Shown piece after piece: positions 28,765-38,276 of a stretch of 64,000 bases of DNA. The notes beneath the pieces were generated by a model. It did not search any database. It was not told the DNA's origin and saw only the letters and a program-made list of their open reading frames with translations. Source of the stretch: an uncultured Fibrobacteria bacterium (GTDB lineage: Bacteria; Fibrobacterota; Fibrobacteria; UBA11236). The translations under genes were made by a program, and so were the position numbers. Numbering within the stretch: the first letter of the stretch is position 1; each line of letters starts with the position of its first letter. Location: positions 1,600,001-1,664,000 of the forward strand of contig OY970309.1 in NCBI GenBank assembly GCA_963716395.1. The letters are read 5' to 3'.

Positions 28765-29857
28765 CGGTGATCCAACTCCGATCGGAAGTGCCTTCGACGC
28801 CGCGCACCTTCAATTCGAAATCTTCGGGATTGGTGGCACTGCGCATGGCGGTTTCATAACTGATTTGTTCGTCGTGGTACAGGCGCAAAATCGACTGGTC
28901 GAACGATTGCGACCCGTACTGGGTGTAGCCTTCGCGGATGCAGGCGTCGAGCAGATGGGTGTTTTCGGGCTGCGTGAGAATGTCGCGCACGGTGGCGTTG
29001 TTGACCAGAATTTCACAGGCCGGTACGCGGCTGCGTCCGTCTTTACGCACCAAAAGGCGCAGCGTGATCACCGCCACCAAAGTGCTCGAAAGGGTGAGCC
29101 GAACCTGTTGGTGCTGGTGGGGCGGAAAGAACGAGACGATGCGGTTGATGGTTTCCACCGCGTTCATGGTGTGCAAGGTCGACAGCACCAGGTGGCCGGT
29201 GTCGGCTGCGGTCAGGGCGATGGACATGGTTTCCATGTCGCGGATTTCGCCCAACAGGAGCACGTCGGGATCCTGGCGGAAGGCGGCGCGCAGCGCGGTC
29301 GTGAACGAGTCGGTATCCGAGTTCACCTCGCGCTGCGAGATGATGCTTTTCTTGTCGCGGTAGAGAAATTCGATGGGGTCTTCGATGGTGATGATATTCG
29401 AGGCGGTGTTCTCGTTGATGTGGTCGATCATCGAAGCCAAGGTGGTGCTCTTGCCCGATCCCGTGGTGCCGGTGACCAAAATGAGGCCGCGCCGGCGCAG
29501 CGAGAGATCGCGGATGACCTCGGGCAGGCCCAATTGCTCGAAGGCCGGCACCACGCTGAGGATGGCGCGCAGCGAAAGCGCCGGGGTGCCGCGCTGCTTG
29601 AAGGCGTTGACGCGGAAGCGGCCCACGTTGCGGATGCCGATGGCGAAATCGAGTTCATGCTGCTGGTCGAAGCGGGCCTTCTGGTTGCGGTCCATCACGT
29701 CGAGCAGGAATTGCTCCATCTCTTCGGTGGAGATGCGCTCGCTTTGCAGCCGGTACAGATCGCCGTTGATGCGAAAGGTGGGCGGCGATCCGACGCGCAG
29801 ATGCAGATCCGACGCGTTGCGCAGCATCATTTCCTTGAGCAGGGTTTCCACGTTCAC
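28757..29857 (-). CDS. pilT: PilT/PilU-family pilus retraction ATPase
   Basis: [14 protein letters not shown], Walker [30 protein letters not shown] and [11 protein letters not shown]. It lacks the canonical AIRNLIRE motif, so it may be a paralogue. Confidence 0.9.
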   Translation of the reverse strand: MNVETLLKEMMLRNASDLHLRVGSPPTFRINGDLYRLQSERISTEEMEQFLLDVMDRNQKARFDQQHELDFAIGIRNVGRFRVNAFKQRGTPALSLRAILSVVPAFEQLGLPEVIRDLSLRRRGLILVTGTTGSGKSTTLASMIDHINENTASNIITIEDPIEFLYRDKKSIISQREVNSDTDSFTTALRAAFRQDPDVLLLGEIRDMETMSIALTAADTGHLVLSTLHTMNAVETINRIVSFFPPHQHQQVRLTLSSTLVAVITLRLLVRKDGRSRVPACEILVNNATVRDILTQPENTHLLDACIREGYTQYGSQSFDQSILRLYHDEQISYETAMRSATNPEDFELKVRGVEGTSDRSWITGV

Positions 29858-29915
29858 GGGATACTCCTCCGGCGGCCGGGAAGGAGACGCACTTCCATCG
29901 GAGAGCCGGGCCGCC

Positions 29916-30401
29916 TCACGCCATGCGCACGCGGAACAGCACGGTGCCGTATTCCACCGGCGTTTCGCTGGGGGCGCATACCTCTTCGATGACCCCGGCC
30001 ACGTCGGACTCGATTTCGTTCATGATTTTCATGGCTTCGATGATGCACAAAACCTGCCCCGGCTTGACCGGCGACCCCGCCTGCACAAAGGGTTCGGCGC
30101 CGGGCGAGGGCGAGGCAAAGAAAGTGCCCACCATGGGTGAGGTGATTTCTTTGAGTTTGGGGTTGGGCTTTTCGCTCGTGGCATGGGCTTCTTGGGCCGG
30201 GGCCGTCGGCGCGGCTATCGGGGCGGGCGCGGGCGTTGGGGCCGCCGCCATGGGTGCCGAAGCCAGCAGTCGATACGACTCTTTCTTGAGCACCACTTTC
30301 GACTTTTCGTCGCTGAAGCTGATTTCGGTGAGGCTGCTTTTATCCAGCAACTTGATCAGCTGGGACACGTCGGAAAGCTGCATGTTTCCCTTTCCGGACA
30401 T
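29916..30401 (-). CDS. accB: Acetyl-CoA carboxylase biotin carboxyl carrier protein
   Basis: ITSPMVGTF, IIEAMKIMNEI biotinylation site, Ala/Pro linker; the start may be 30383. Confidence 0.96.
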   Translation of the reverse strand: MSGKGNMQLSDVSQLIKLLDKSSLTEISFSDEKSKVVLKKESYRLLASAPMAAAPTPAPAPIAAPTAPAQEAHATSEKPNPKLKEITSPMVGTFFASPSPGAEPFVQAGSPVKPGQVLCIIEAMKIMNEIESDVAGVIEEVCAPSETPVEYGTVLFRVRMA

Positions 30402-30406
30402 TCGCC

Positions 30407-32920
30407 TTATTTTTTGCGGCGGGGAACCTTGAGCCCGGGACGCGGTGCGCGCCGATCCGCCTCGGACCCTTGCGCTTCGTCGTCGGATTTTAGGGCTTCG
30501 ATTTCTTCGACGCGTTTCCTCGCGGTTTCATTGTCCGGTTCCCGCTCGAGGAGTTGGCGGTAGATTTGCAAAGCCTGCTCTTTCAGGCCTTGCTGAAAAT
30601 ATATCTCGGCTAAAGTCATGGTGGCAACGTTCGGAGGCGCGGCGGCGGTTTCTGCCTCTTCGCCTTCATCCATCGCTTCCGACGCCGGTGCCGAAGTGTC
30701 GGACGCGGGAGCAACTGCCTCGCCGGTCGCCGAGTTTTCTTCGGGGGGCGAAAACTCATCTTCCCGGGTGCGAGGAAGCATTTGCGTGCGCGTGGCCTCG
30801 TTTTCGTCTGCCGGCATTTCTTCGGCGCCGAACATTTCCGTGAGCCGGACCTGCACGTCTTCCCCGGAAATAGACGGGTCGCGGTCCGACTCCGATCCCG
30901 CCGGTTCAATTTTATAAGCGGTGGTTTCCGAGGTTTCCGGCTCTGTGGCCGGCGGAGCCGGGACTTCGGCCGTCGGCACGTTCAAACCAAAAAGCTGATC
31001 GAGCCGCTGGCTGATATCGTCGCCCACCACCACCGGTTCGGATATTTCTTCGCCCTTCAATTCGTAAGCGCTGGTTTCGCGGATCATGCGCAGGTCTTCG
31101 GTTTCCACCACCGATTCGTGATGGGTCGCCGAGGTCTCGGCCGTCGGAGTCGCCTGGGATTCATCCGCTTCCTGCGCTTCGGGAGCGAAGGCCGGCATGA
31201 CCATGGTGCGATCGTCCATCCCCGTGAATTCAGGTTGAAAGGCGGTGGCCGCGGGCGCGGCTTCGGGCTCTTGTTCCTCCGCGGCCGGAGCGGCGGAATC
31301 CAAGGCCAAATCGGAACGGGTGTCAGAATCTGCGCGGGTGTCTCCGGCGGCGGCGAAGGCCGTGTCCGAGACGGCGGAAGGTTGGTTTTGCGCGAAGATA
31401 TCGTCGAGGCGTTTTTCGATATCGCTGCCTTGGACGCGTTCGTGATCCGGAAGGAAATGCGTGTCTCCGGCCTCGGCCAGGGTGGTCTCGGAGGCGGTGG
31501 GTTCGGCATCGGAGAAGACGTCATGGAGACGTTGTTCAATATCGGCGCCTTCGATGCGTTCGGTTTCGGGCGCGGCAACGTGGGTGTCGGCGGCGTCGGT
31601 CGGTTGATGTTGGGCGAAGATTTCGTCAAGGCGTTTTTCGATATCGCTGCCTTGGACGGGTTCGGTATCGGGAACGAAGTGCGTGCCGCCGGCTTCGCTC
31701 AAGGTGGTTTCGGAGGCGGAGGGTTCGGGGGCGGCGAAGACGTCCTCGAGGCGCTGTTCGATGTCGGCGCCTTCTACGCGTTCGGTTTCCGGCGCCGCGG
31801 CCGTGTTGTCGGCGGCGGCCGTGAAGGCGGTGTCGGTGGTCTCGGCCGGTTGATTTTGGGTGAAGATATCGTTGAGGCGTTTTTCGATATCGCTGCCTTG
31901 GACGGGTTCGGTATCGGGAACGAAGTGCGTGCCGCCGGTTTCGCCCAAGGTGGTTTCGGAGGCGGAGGGTTCGGGGGCGGCGAAGACGTCCTCGAGACGC
32001 TGTTCGATGTCGGTGCCTTCTACGCGTTCGGTTTCGGACGGATCGGCATGGGTGTCTCCGGCGGCGGCGTAAGCGGTGTCGGAGCCGTCGGCGGCTTCGG
32101 AAGGTTGATGTTCCGCGAAGATGTCGTCGAGGCGTTTTTCGATATCGCTGCCTTCGACGCGATCCATGTCTTCGGATAAGACGGATTCCGGCGGCACCTC
32201 TTCGGCCGCCGGCGGCGTGTATATCGCCGTAGCGTGCGGATTGGGATCGAGCAGCGGGACGTCCTCGGTTTCGGAAGTAGTGGAATCCTGTTCCAAGAAA
32301 TCCAGCCGGTTTTCCACGTCGGCGCCGGTGACCGGCGCTTCGGCATCGCCGGTCGGCGGCGCTTCGGGCTGAACTTCGGCAAAGGTGCTTTGGGTGGCGG
32401 CGGGGAAAGCAGTTTCGGAGCCGCCTTCTTTGGGCAGAAAATCGGCGACGTCGTTCAGGTTAAATTCGTGGATGGACGAGGTGGGGGTCGCCGTCGCATC
32501 AAATGCCGCCGTGCCCTGCCCGGCCAAACCGAGCGCGCGTTGATACCAAGCCTGGAATTCTTCATCCCAGGGTTCATGGGTCGCAAGGCGCGCGAACGAT
32601 TTGGCGCTTTCTCCATAAGCGCGCAAGCCTTCGGAAATTTCGGCCGACAGGCGCAACGCCGCGGGACAATTCGCGTCACGCTCCAAAACCTCGCCCAAGG
32701 CGGCCGCAGCCTCGGTGAGCCGGCCGGTTTCTTTATAAATGCGCGCTAAAACCAGGCGGCCGGGCAGGTACTCCGGAAAGCGGTTGACGCCTTCGGTGAG
32801 AACCTGCAATGCGTTCTCCACGGCCTGTTCGCGGTACAGGGCTTCGGCATGGCGCGCGAAGGCGAGGCCTGTGTCGGGAAACCTTTGTTGCAATTGTTCC
32901 GATGCGTAGGCGATGCTCAT
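30407..32920 (-). CDS. TPR protein with long acidic internal repeat region (FimV/HubP-like architecture)
   Basis: N-terminal TPR-like helices and C-terminal TMTLAEIYFQQGLKEQALQIYRQLL; ATG at 32920 preceded by GGAGAG. Confidence 0.85.
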   Translation of the reverse strand: MSIAYASEQLQQRFPDTGLAFARHAEALYREQAVENALQVLTEGVNRFPEYLPGRLVLARIYKETGRLTEAAAALGEVLERDANCPAALRLSAEISEGLRAYGESAKSFARLATHEPWDEEFQAWYQRALGLAGQGTAAFDATATPTSSIHEFNLNDVADFLPKEGGSETAFPAATQSTFAEVQPEAPPTGDAEAPVTGADVENRLDFLEQDSTTSETEDVPLLDPNPHATAIYTPPAAEEVPPESVLSEDMDRVEGSDIEKRLDDIFAEHQPSEAADGSDTAYAAAGDTHADPSETERVEGTDIEQRLEDVFAAPEPSASETTLGETGGTHFVPDTEPVQGSDIEKRLNDIFTQNQPAETTDTAFTAAADNTAAAPETERVEGADIEQRLEDVFAAPEPSASETTLSEAGGTHFVPDTEPVQGSDIEKRLDEIFAQHQPTDAADTHVAAPETERIEGADIEQRLHDVFSDAEPTASETTLAEAGDTHFLPDHERVQGSDIEKRLDDIFAQNQPSAVSDTAFAAAGDTRADSDTRSDLALDSAAPAAEEQEPEAAPAATAFQPEFTGMDDRTMVMPAFAPEAQEADESQATPTAETSATHHESVVETEDLRMIRETSAYELKGEEISEPVVVGDDISQRLDQLFGLNVPTAEVPAPPATEPETSETTAYKIEPAGSESDRDPSISGEDVQVRLTEMFGAEEMPADENEATRTQMLPRTREDEFSPPEENSATGEAVAPASDTSAPASEAMDEGEEAETAAAPPNVATMTLAEIYFQQGLKEQALQIYRQLLEREPDNETARKRVEEIEALKSDDEAQGSEADRRAPRPGLKVPRRKK
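31320..32170 (-). repeat. In-frame alternating A/B tandem repeats (about 100-135 bp units, roughly 220-255 bp higher-order period)
   Basis: GGCGTTTTTCGATATCGCTGCCTT occurs four times, alternating with three diverged TGTTCRATRTCGGYGCCTTC units; the encoded pattern is A-B-A-B-A-B-A. Confidence 0.92.
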
Positions 32921-33026
32921 GGTCTTCTCTCCGAGCCGGCCGGTTTCGGGTACATCCCGGTTTAGTCGCCGGAAATTCGCGGGGGAGCGGCCTGCCGGCC
33001 TCGCATGCGCCCCGGGAACTCCCGCA

Positions 33027-33284
33027 TTATACCACTCCCTCCACGGGAATGGCCTCGTCAATGAGCATAATGGGAATGTCTTCGCGAATCGGGTACAGGT
33101 ACTTTTTGTCTGCACGCAAGAGACCGGCTTCCATTTTCTCCTTCACGGTCTCGCCCGCGCGGTTCGTCAGCGACCCGGAGTCGCACAGGCTGTTCAGTTT
33201 GCTGACCAGGTCGGCCGGCGCCAAGGCTACGGGTTGCTTGGTTTCGGGGCAGCACAGGATTTCCAAGAGTTGCGGATCGACCAT
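33027..33284 (-). CDS. Trm112/YcaR-family small protein
   Basis: MVDPQLLEILCCPETK...YPIREDIPIMLIDEA. Confidence 0.92.
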   Translation of the reverse strand: MVDPQLLEILCCPETKQPVALAPADLVSKLNSLCDSGSLTNRAGETVKEKMEAGLLRADKKYLYPIREDIPIMLIDEAIPVEGVV

Positions 33285-33293
33285 GTCGTCTCC

Positions 33294-34250
33294 TTATTTT
33301 TCCATGTATTGCGCCAGGGCGGCGTATTTGGCTGCGCGCTTTTCCACCAGCTTGTCCAGTTCGACCTGTCGCAAGGTTTCCAACTCTTCTGAAAGCACGC
33401 CTTTTAGCGAGCGATACATGGCTTCGGGATCCCAATGCGCGCCGCCCAACGGCTCCTTGAGAATGCGGTCGACGACCTTGAGACCGAGCAAATCCGCGGC
33501 CGTGATGCGCATGGTTTCGCTCAGGTCCTGCTTCTTGCTGCTGTCGCCCCACAAGATGGCACTGCACGATTCGGGCGAAATCACCCCGAACCATGCGTTC
33601 TCCAGCATCAGGAGGCGGTCGCCCACGCCGATGCCGAGCGCGCCGCCGCTGGCGCCCTCGCCGATGACCACGATCAGAATGGGCGTGCGCAGCGCCGACA
33701 TCTCAGCCAGGTTGCGGGCGATGGCTTCGGCCTGACCGCGTTCTTCGGCGCCCACGCCCGGGTACGCGCCGGGCGTGTCGATGAAGGAAATGATGGGCAG
33801 CCGGAATTTTTCCGCCAGCTTCATGCAGCGCAGCGCCTTGCGGTAGCCTTCGGGATGCGCCATGCCGAAGTTGCGGTGTATGCTTTCCTTGGTATCGCGT
33901 CCTTTTTGATGGCCCATCACCACCACGCTTTGATCGCCGAGACGCGCCAGGCCCGTGACCAGGGCCGGATCGTCGCCGAAACAGCGGTCGCCGTGCAATT
34001 CCACAAAATCGGTGAACAGGTTTTGGATGTAGTCGAGGGTGTAAGGCCGGCCGGGGCGGCGGGCCAGCTCGACCCGGTTCCAGGCCGTGAGCTTCGAGGC
34101 GATTTTCTGCTGCAGCGCCTCTTTCTTGGCGATCAGGTGCTTGACGTCGGAGCTGGTGACCTCGCTGGTTTTGAGCAGGTCGTCGATTTTCATGGCCAAC
34201 TCCACCACGGGTTGCTCGAATTCCAGGTGCGGACCTTTGGGAACGGGCAT
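33294..34250 (-). CDS. accA: Acetyl-CoA carboxylase carboxyltransferase alpha subunit
   Basis: [31 protein letters not shown] and IDTPGAYPG. Confidence 0.97.
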   Translation of the reverse strand: MPVPKGPHLEFEQPVVELAMKIDDLLKTSEVTSSDVKHLIAKKEALQQKIASKLTAWNRVELARRPGRPYTLDYIQNLFTDFVELHGDRCFGDDPALVTGLARLGDQSVVVMGHQKGRDTKESIHRNFGMAHPEGYRKALRCMKLAEKFRLPIISFIDTPGAYPGVGAEERGQAEAIARNLAEMSALRTPILIVVIGEGASGGALGIGVGDRLLMLENAWFGVISPESCSAILWGDSSKKQDLSETMRITAADLLGLKVVDRILKEPLGGAHWDPEAMYRSLKGVLSEELETLRQVELDKLVEKRAAKYAALAQYMEK

Positions 34251-34306
34251 GGCAGTAAAGGGAAGCTTTCCTTCCCGGTTTCGTCAATGCGGCACCAAGA
34301 ATCCGC

Positions 34307-34903
34307 TCAAAAACCGTAGGCCTGGCGCAATTGGTCGTTGGTGGGGAACGCGTCGTATTCTTCGCCGCGCGGCCCTTTCCATTTGCCGTCGACGTATTCG
34401 AGCAGCACCGGCGTATGCGATCCGTTGCTGTTGTTAACCAGCACGGTTTTGGTTTGGGGTGCGGCCGGAGCAGTCGACGTCGTCGTATCCTCTTCGACGA
34501 CGGTATCCACCACCAAATCGGTTTCGGGTTTTGCAACCACCACATAGCCGTCGCCGGATTCTTGGTAGTAATTGCCGCCGTAGTAATAGAGCGTCAGGCC
34601 GCCGGAATGCAAGACCAGCGCGTCGAGCGGCAGAAACGGCACCACAATGCCGATGGGCGGCGGCGCGAGGTAATAGGCGTGATGCCTGCGGTGATAGAAA
34701 TATCCGTTGTGGAAAAACAAATGGTTTCCTCCGACGTGAACGTCGAGATAGGCTTCGGGGTGATATCCGCCGCGGGCGAAACGCCCGGGACGGGCTTCCG
34801 CGGTTTGAACCGCGAGCAATCCCGCTGCGAGGAGCGCGGCCGACGACAACGACCTTTTGCGCAGCCATGGGAAACTTGGGAAAAACGCAGGCAAATTATT
34901 CAT
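34307..34903 (-). CDS. Exported Tyr/Gly-rich protein (DUF6515-like)
   Basis: Signal peptide; PPPIGIVVPFLP...YYYGGNYY...GYVVV; C-terminal NSNGSHTPV...GPRGEEY. Confidence 0.7.
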   Translation of the reverse strand: MNNLPAFFPSFPWLRKRSLSSAALLAAGLLAVQTAEARPGRFARGGYHPEAYLDVHVGGNHLFFHNGYFYHRRHHAYYLAPPPIGIVVPFLPLDALVLHSGGLTLYYYGGNYYQESGDGYVVVAKPETDLVVDTVVEEDTTTSTAPAAPQTKTVLVNNSNGSHTPVLLEYVDGKWKGPRGEEYDAFPTNDQLRQAYGF

Positions 34904-35047
34904 AACCGACCTCTTTTTTTCATTTGGAAACCCGGTGTGACCGGCATCAAAGCTTGCTCCGGGCGAGGATTCGCGTCGCTCTTCGGTCACGAAGATATCA
35001 ACCGTTTCGGGGGCGGTCCAGACGTGTTACAATCCGGATCCGCCGGG

Positions 35048-36679
35048 TTACTTTCGGAAATTCAGGTCGATGAGCGACACCGTTTCGGGGGCCGGAGTTC
35101 CCAGCAGCATCTTGACCTCGAGACGGCCGGGATCGCGGGTCGATAACACCTGCAAGGCGGTGGCGTAGGCGTCTTCGTCCAACGCGATGATGACGCCTTG
35201 CAAATCGAGTTTGCGCGCCAAGGAGTGTAAGGCGTCGATGTCGCCGATCACGTTCTCGCGCATAGCGCGGGGAATGGGCCCGCGGGGAAATTGCAGAAAA
35301 CCCACGAACTCGTAGCCCTCGAGCTTTTCGTTCACAATCAAATCGGCCAAGTCCTGCGCGCGCGCATTGGTGCCCAGAATGGCCACGCGTTTGACGTCTC
35401 CCAGGACGCGGCGCCAAAAGCGGCCGCCGTGGCTGAGGACGAGGCGCCATCCCATCAGCAGGGCCAGGCTGATGACGGCCGCGAGCGCGAACACCACGCG
35501 CGAATAGGCCCGTTCTTTCATGAAAAAGCTGCAGGAGAAAAACACCAGAAAGGCTTCGCATACCGTAAGGAACACGGTTTTGGGGCGCGGAAGCACCCGT
35601 CCGTATTCCCCGATGGCGGCCAGCGGCGCCAGCACCGACAGCGACGCCAGGGCATGCCAGAACCAATACAGGCCCGGCTCGGTAAACATGAGCAGGGGGA
35701 TGTGGAGGGCGTGCTCGTAGGCATCGGTGACGCCGGCCAGCACCGCGTTCACCAGCAGCAAATCCGCCAGCCAGCGCGGCCATTTCTGCAGCCGGGCCGA
35801 CACGAAATTCGCCAGGGCCAGTACGCCCACGCCGGCCTGCAGCAAGGTGTAGGGCAGAATGCGCAGCTCCAGGTGCTTGCGCGAGAAAATCACCATGGCC
35901 TCGTAGAAGTTGAAAAACGAACGCAGCGGACGGCTTTTGACGCTTTCGCCTTTGAAGTGGATGATTTGGGTGGCGGGGTGATAGAAGTTTCGTTTTCCAC
36001 TCAATTTGACGCGGAAGCAGAGATCGAGATCTTCGCCGTACATGAAGAAGTCTTCATCGAAGCCGCCCACCTGGCGGAACAATTCGGCGGGCAGGCACAA
36101 AAACGATCCCGACACCGCGTCGACTTCATGCGTCTTATTTTCGTCGAGATAGGTCAGGTTGTAGCGGCCGAACACCCGGCTGTTGGGAAACAACCCGCCC
36201 AGGCCGAACAGTTTGAACGCGGCCACGCGCGGCGAGGGAAAGCTGCGCTTGCACGCCAGTTGCAGCGAGCCGTCGCGGTTCACCACCTTGCAGCCCACCG
36301 CGCCCGCTTCCGGATGATCGCGGAAGAAGTCGGCCATGACCTGAAACGTGTCTTCGCGCACCAAGGTGTCGGGATTGAGGAACAGCAGCAACGGCTGGGT
36401 CGAGGCCGCCGCTCCGCGGTTGCAGGCCGTGCCGAAGCCCAGATTGCGGTCCAGCGAAATCCAGGTGGCATCGGGCCAGCGCGGTTTGAGCAGGGGCACG
36501 GTGCCGTCGCGCGAATCGTTGTCGCAGACGATGATCTCGGTGGCGCCCGAGAACTGGGCCGCGGCGTGGCGAATGCTTTGCAGGCAGGCGTCGAGGTATT
36601 CGCGTACGTTGAAGGCGACGATGATGATGGAAATTCCCGGCTCGCGCGGCGCCGGCGGTTCGGGATCGGGCCGGTTCAC
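35048..36679 (-). CDS. GT2 glycosyltransferase fused to TM helices and a CoA-binding-like Rossmann domain
   Basis: DNDSRDG, NLGFG, LNPD, GGFDEDFFMYGEDLDL and HFKGES; C-terminal VAILGT...YEFVGF. Confidence 0.9.
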   Translation of the reverse strand: MNRPDPEPPAPREPGISIIIVAFNVREYLDACLQSIRHAAAQFSGATEIIVCDNDSRDGTVPLLKPRWPDATWISLDRNLGFGTACNRGAAASTQPLLLFLNPDTLVREDTFQVMADFFRDHPEAGAVGCKVVNRDGSLQLACKRSFPSPRVAAFKLFGLGGLFPNSRVFGRYNLTYLDENKTHEVDAVSGSFLCLPAELFRQVGGFDEDFFMYGEDLDLCFRVKLSGKRNFYHPATQIIHFKGESVKSRPLRSFFNFYEAMVIFSRKHLELRILPYTLLQAGVGVLALANFVSARLQKWPRWLADLLLVNAVLAGVTDAYEHALHIPLLMFTEPGLYWFWHALASLSVLAPLAAIGEYGRVLPRPKTVFLTVCEAFLVFFSCSFFMKERAYSRVVFALAAVISLALLMGWRLVLSHGGRFWRRVLGDVKRVAILGTNARAQDLADLIVNEKLEGYEFVGFLQFPRGPIPRAMRENVIGDIDALHSLARKLDLQGVIIALDEDAYATALQVLSTRDPGRLEVKMLLGTPAPETVSLIDLNFRK

Positions 36680-37386
36680 CCGCCGCCCCGCAGCCGCAGG
36701 CGCAGCAGCAGAAACAAGGCCTCTTTCACGATGTCACCCGACATTTTGGAAACGCCGGCCACGCGATCCTTGAAGATGATGGGAATTTCCTTGATGCGGC
36801 AGCCGCGTTTCCACAGCTTGTAATTCACTTCGATTTGAAAGGAATACCCGTCGGAGCGGATGCCATCCAAATTGAGCCGGCGCAAAGCTTCGGCGCGAAA
36901 ACATTTGAACCCGCCGGTGACATCGTGCAACGGCATGCCCGTGACCCAGCGCGCATAGAGGTTGGCGAACCAACTGAGCAGCAGCCGGCCCATGGGCCAA
37001 TTCACCACCGTGACACCGTGCACATAACGGCTGCCCAGCACCAAATCGCAATCGGCGGCGGCCGCCAGAAATTCGGGAATATAGGCCGGGTCATGCGAGA
37101 AATCGGCGTCCATCTCGAATACAAAATCGTAGCCCTGCTCCAGAGCGTAGCGAAAGCCCAGCACGTACGCCGAGCCCAATCCCATTTTTCCCGGCCGCTC
37201 CAGCAGATGCAGATGCGGGCGCTGCACCATCTGCCCGCGCACAAAGCTTCCGGTGCCGTCGGGGGAATGGTCGTCGATGACCAGCACGTGCAGGCCGAGG
37301 TTCAAGGCCTCGAGCGTCGCCAGCATGCGCGGGAGATTTTCGATCTCGTTGTAGGTGGGAATGATGACGAGAATGCGGTCGGCCAC
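36676..37386 (-). CDS. Polyprenol monophosphomannose synthase (Ppm1/DPM1-like GT2)
   Basis: LVIIPTYNE, DDHSPDGT, GKMGLGSAY, EMDADFSH, GSRY, TGGFKCFR and GYSFQIE; start is GTG at 37386 or 37392. Confidence 0.92.
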   Translation of the reverse strand: MADRILVIIPTYNEIENLPRMLATLEALNLGLHVLVIDDHSPDGTGSFVRGQMVQRPHLHLLERPGKMGLGSAYVLGFRYALEQGYDFVFEMDADFSHDPAYIPEFLAAAADCDLVLGSRYVHGVTVVNWPMGRLLLSWFANLYARWVTGMPLHDVTGGFKCFRAEALRRLNLDGIRSDGYSFQIEVNYKLWKRGCRIKEIPIIFKDRVAGVSKMSGDIVKEALFLLLRLRLRGGG

Positions 37387-37388
37387 GT

Positions 37389-38276
37389 TCACTCCTTGAC
37401 CGCGGCGGGGTCCAGGCTTTCCAGTTGCGCGTGCAATCCGCGCAACCGCATCCCGGTGTCGCGTTCCAGCCGACTGCAATCGAGGCCCGAACGCAGCGGC
37501 CGCGCTGCCGGAAGCCGCAGGTCTTCGGTGCGTATCGCTTGGATCAATCCCGCGTCGAGGCCGTAGAATTCGGCCACGGCGCGCGCCCATGTGAGACGGC
37601 TCACCAGATCGGATCCGGCGGCATGGTACAGGCCGGAGCATCCCCGGCGCAACAGGGCCCACACGGCCAGGGCCAAATCTTCGGCCCAGGTCGGGTTGCC
37701 GATTTGATCCGTGACGGCGCGTACGGGTTTACCCGCGGCCAAAGTTTCGCGCACGAATTCGGTAAAGCTTTTCTTCGCGCCCGGAAGCGCGCCCCACAGC
37801 CACATGGTGCGAAGCACCAATGACCGTGGTGATCCCGCCAGGACCAGGGCCTCCGAGGCGAGCTTGGCGCAGCCGTATTGGTTGAGCGGATGCACGGGAT
37901 TCCCTTCGGCATAGGGGCCGCTTTGGCCGTCGAAAACGTAATCGGTGGAAATCTGCACCAGCGGCAGGCCGGTTTCCGCCATCCAACCCACCAGCTCGCG
38001 GTTGAGGTGATCGTTCAAGGCCGGATTCTTTTCGCAGCCGTCGACGTCGGTGTAGGCGGCGGCGTTGAATATCCAATCCGGCCGACGCCGCGCCAACACC
38101 GCCTGCAGGGCCTCGCGCTCGCCGAGATCGGCCCGATCGTAACTGGCAAGATACTGGGGAAGCCGCGGCGTCTCCTCCAGGCCCAGACCCGACAGTTCGA
38201 CTTCGCCGCCCGCGGCGGCGGTGCGCAGCAGGCTTTGGCCCAAGAGGCCGTTGCAACCCGCAATCAGAATTTTCAC
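37389..38276 (-). CDS. rmlD: dTDP-4-dehydrorhamnose reductase family SDR
   Basis: GCNGLLG, NAAAYTDVDGCE, ISTDYVFDG, YGCAK and DQIGNPT; GTGA overlap with the upstream gene. Confidence 0.85.
   Translation of the reverse strand: MKILIAGCNGLLGQSLLRTAAAGGEVELSGLGLEETPRLPQYLASYDRADLGEREALQAVLARRRPDWIFNAAAYTDVDGCEKNPALNDHLNRELVGWMAETGLPLVQISTDYVFDGQSGPYAEGNPVHPLNQYGCAKLASEALVLAGSPRSLVLRTMWLWGALPGAKKSFTEFVRETLAAGKPVRAVTDQIGNPTWAEDLALAVWALLRRGCSGLYHAAGSDLVSRLTWARAVAEFYGLDAGLIQAIRTEDLRLPAARPLRSGLDCSRLERDTGMRLRGLHAQLESLDPAAVKE

Noticed and set aside
31320-32170. Repeat-spacer-like pattern resembling a CRISPR array
   Set aside because: The repeats are in-frame and coding, the 'spacers' are themselves homologous, and no cas genes are present.
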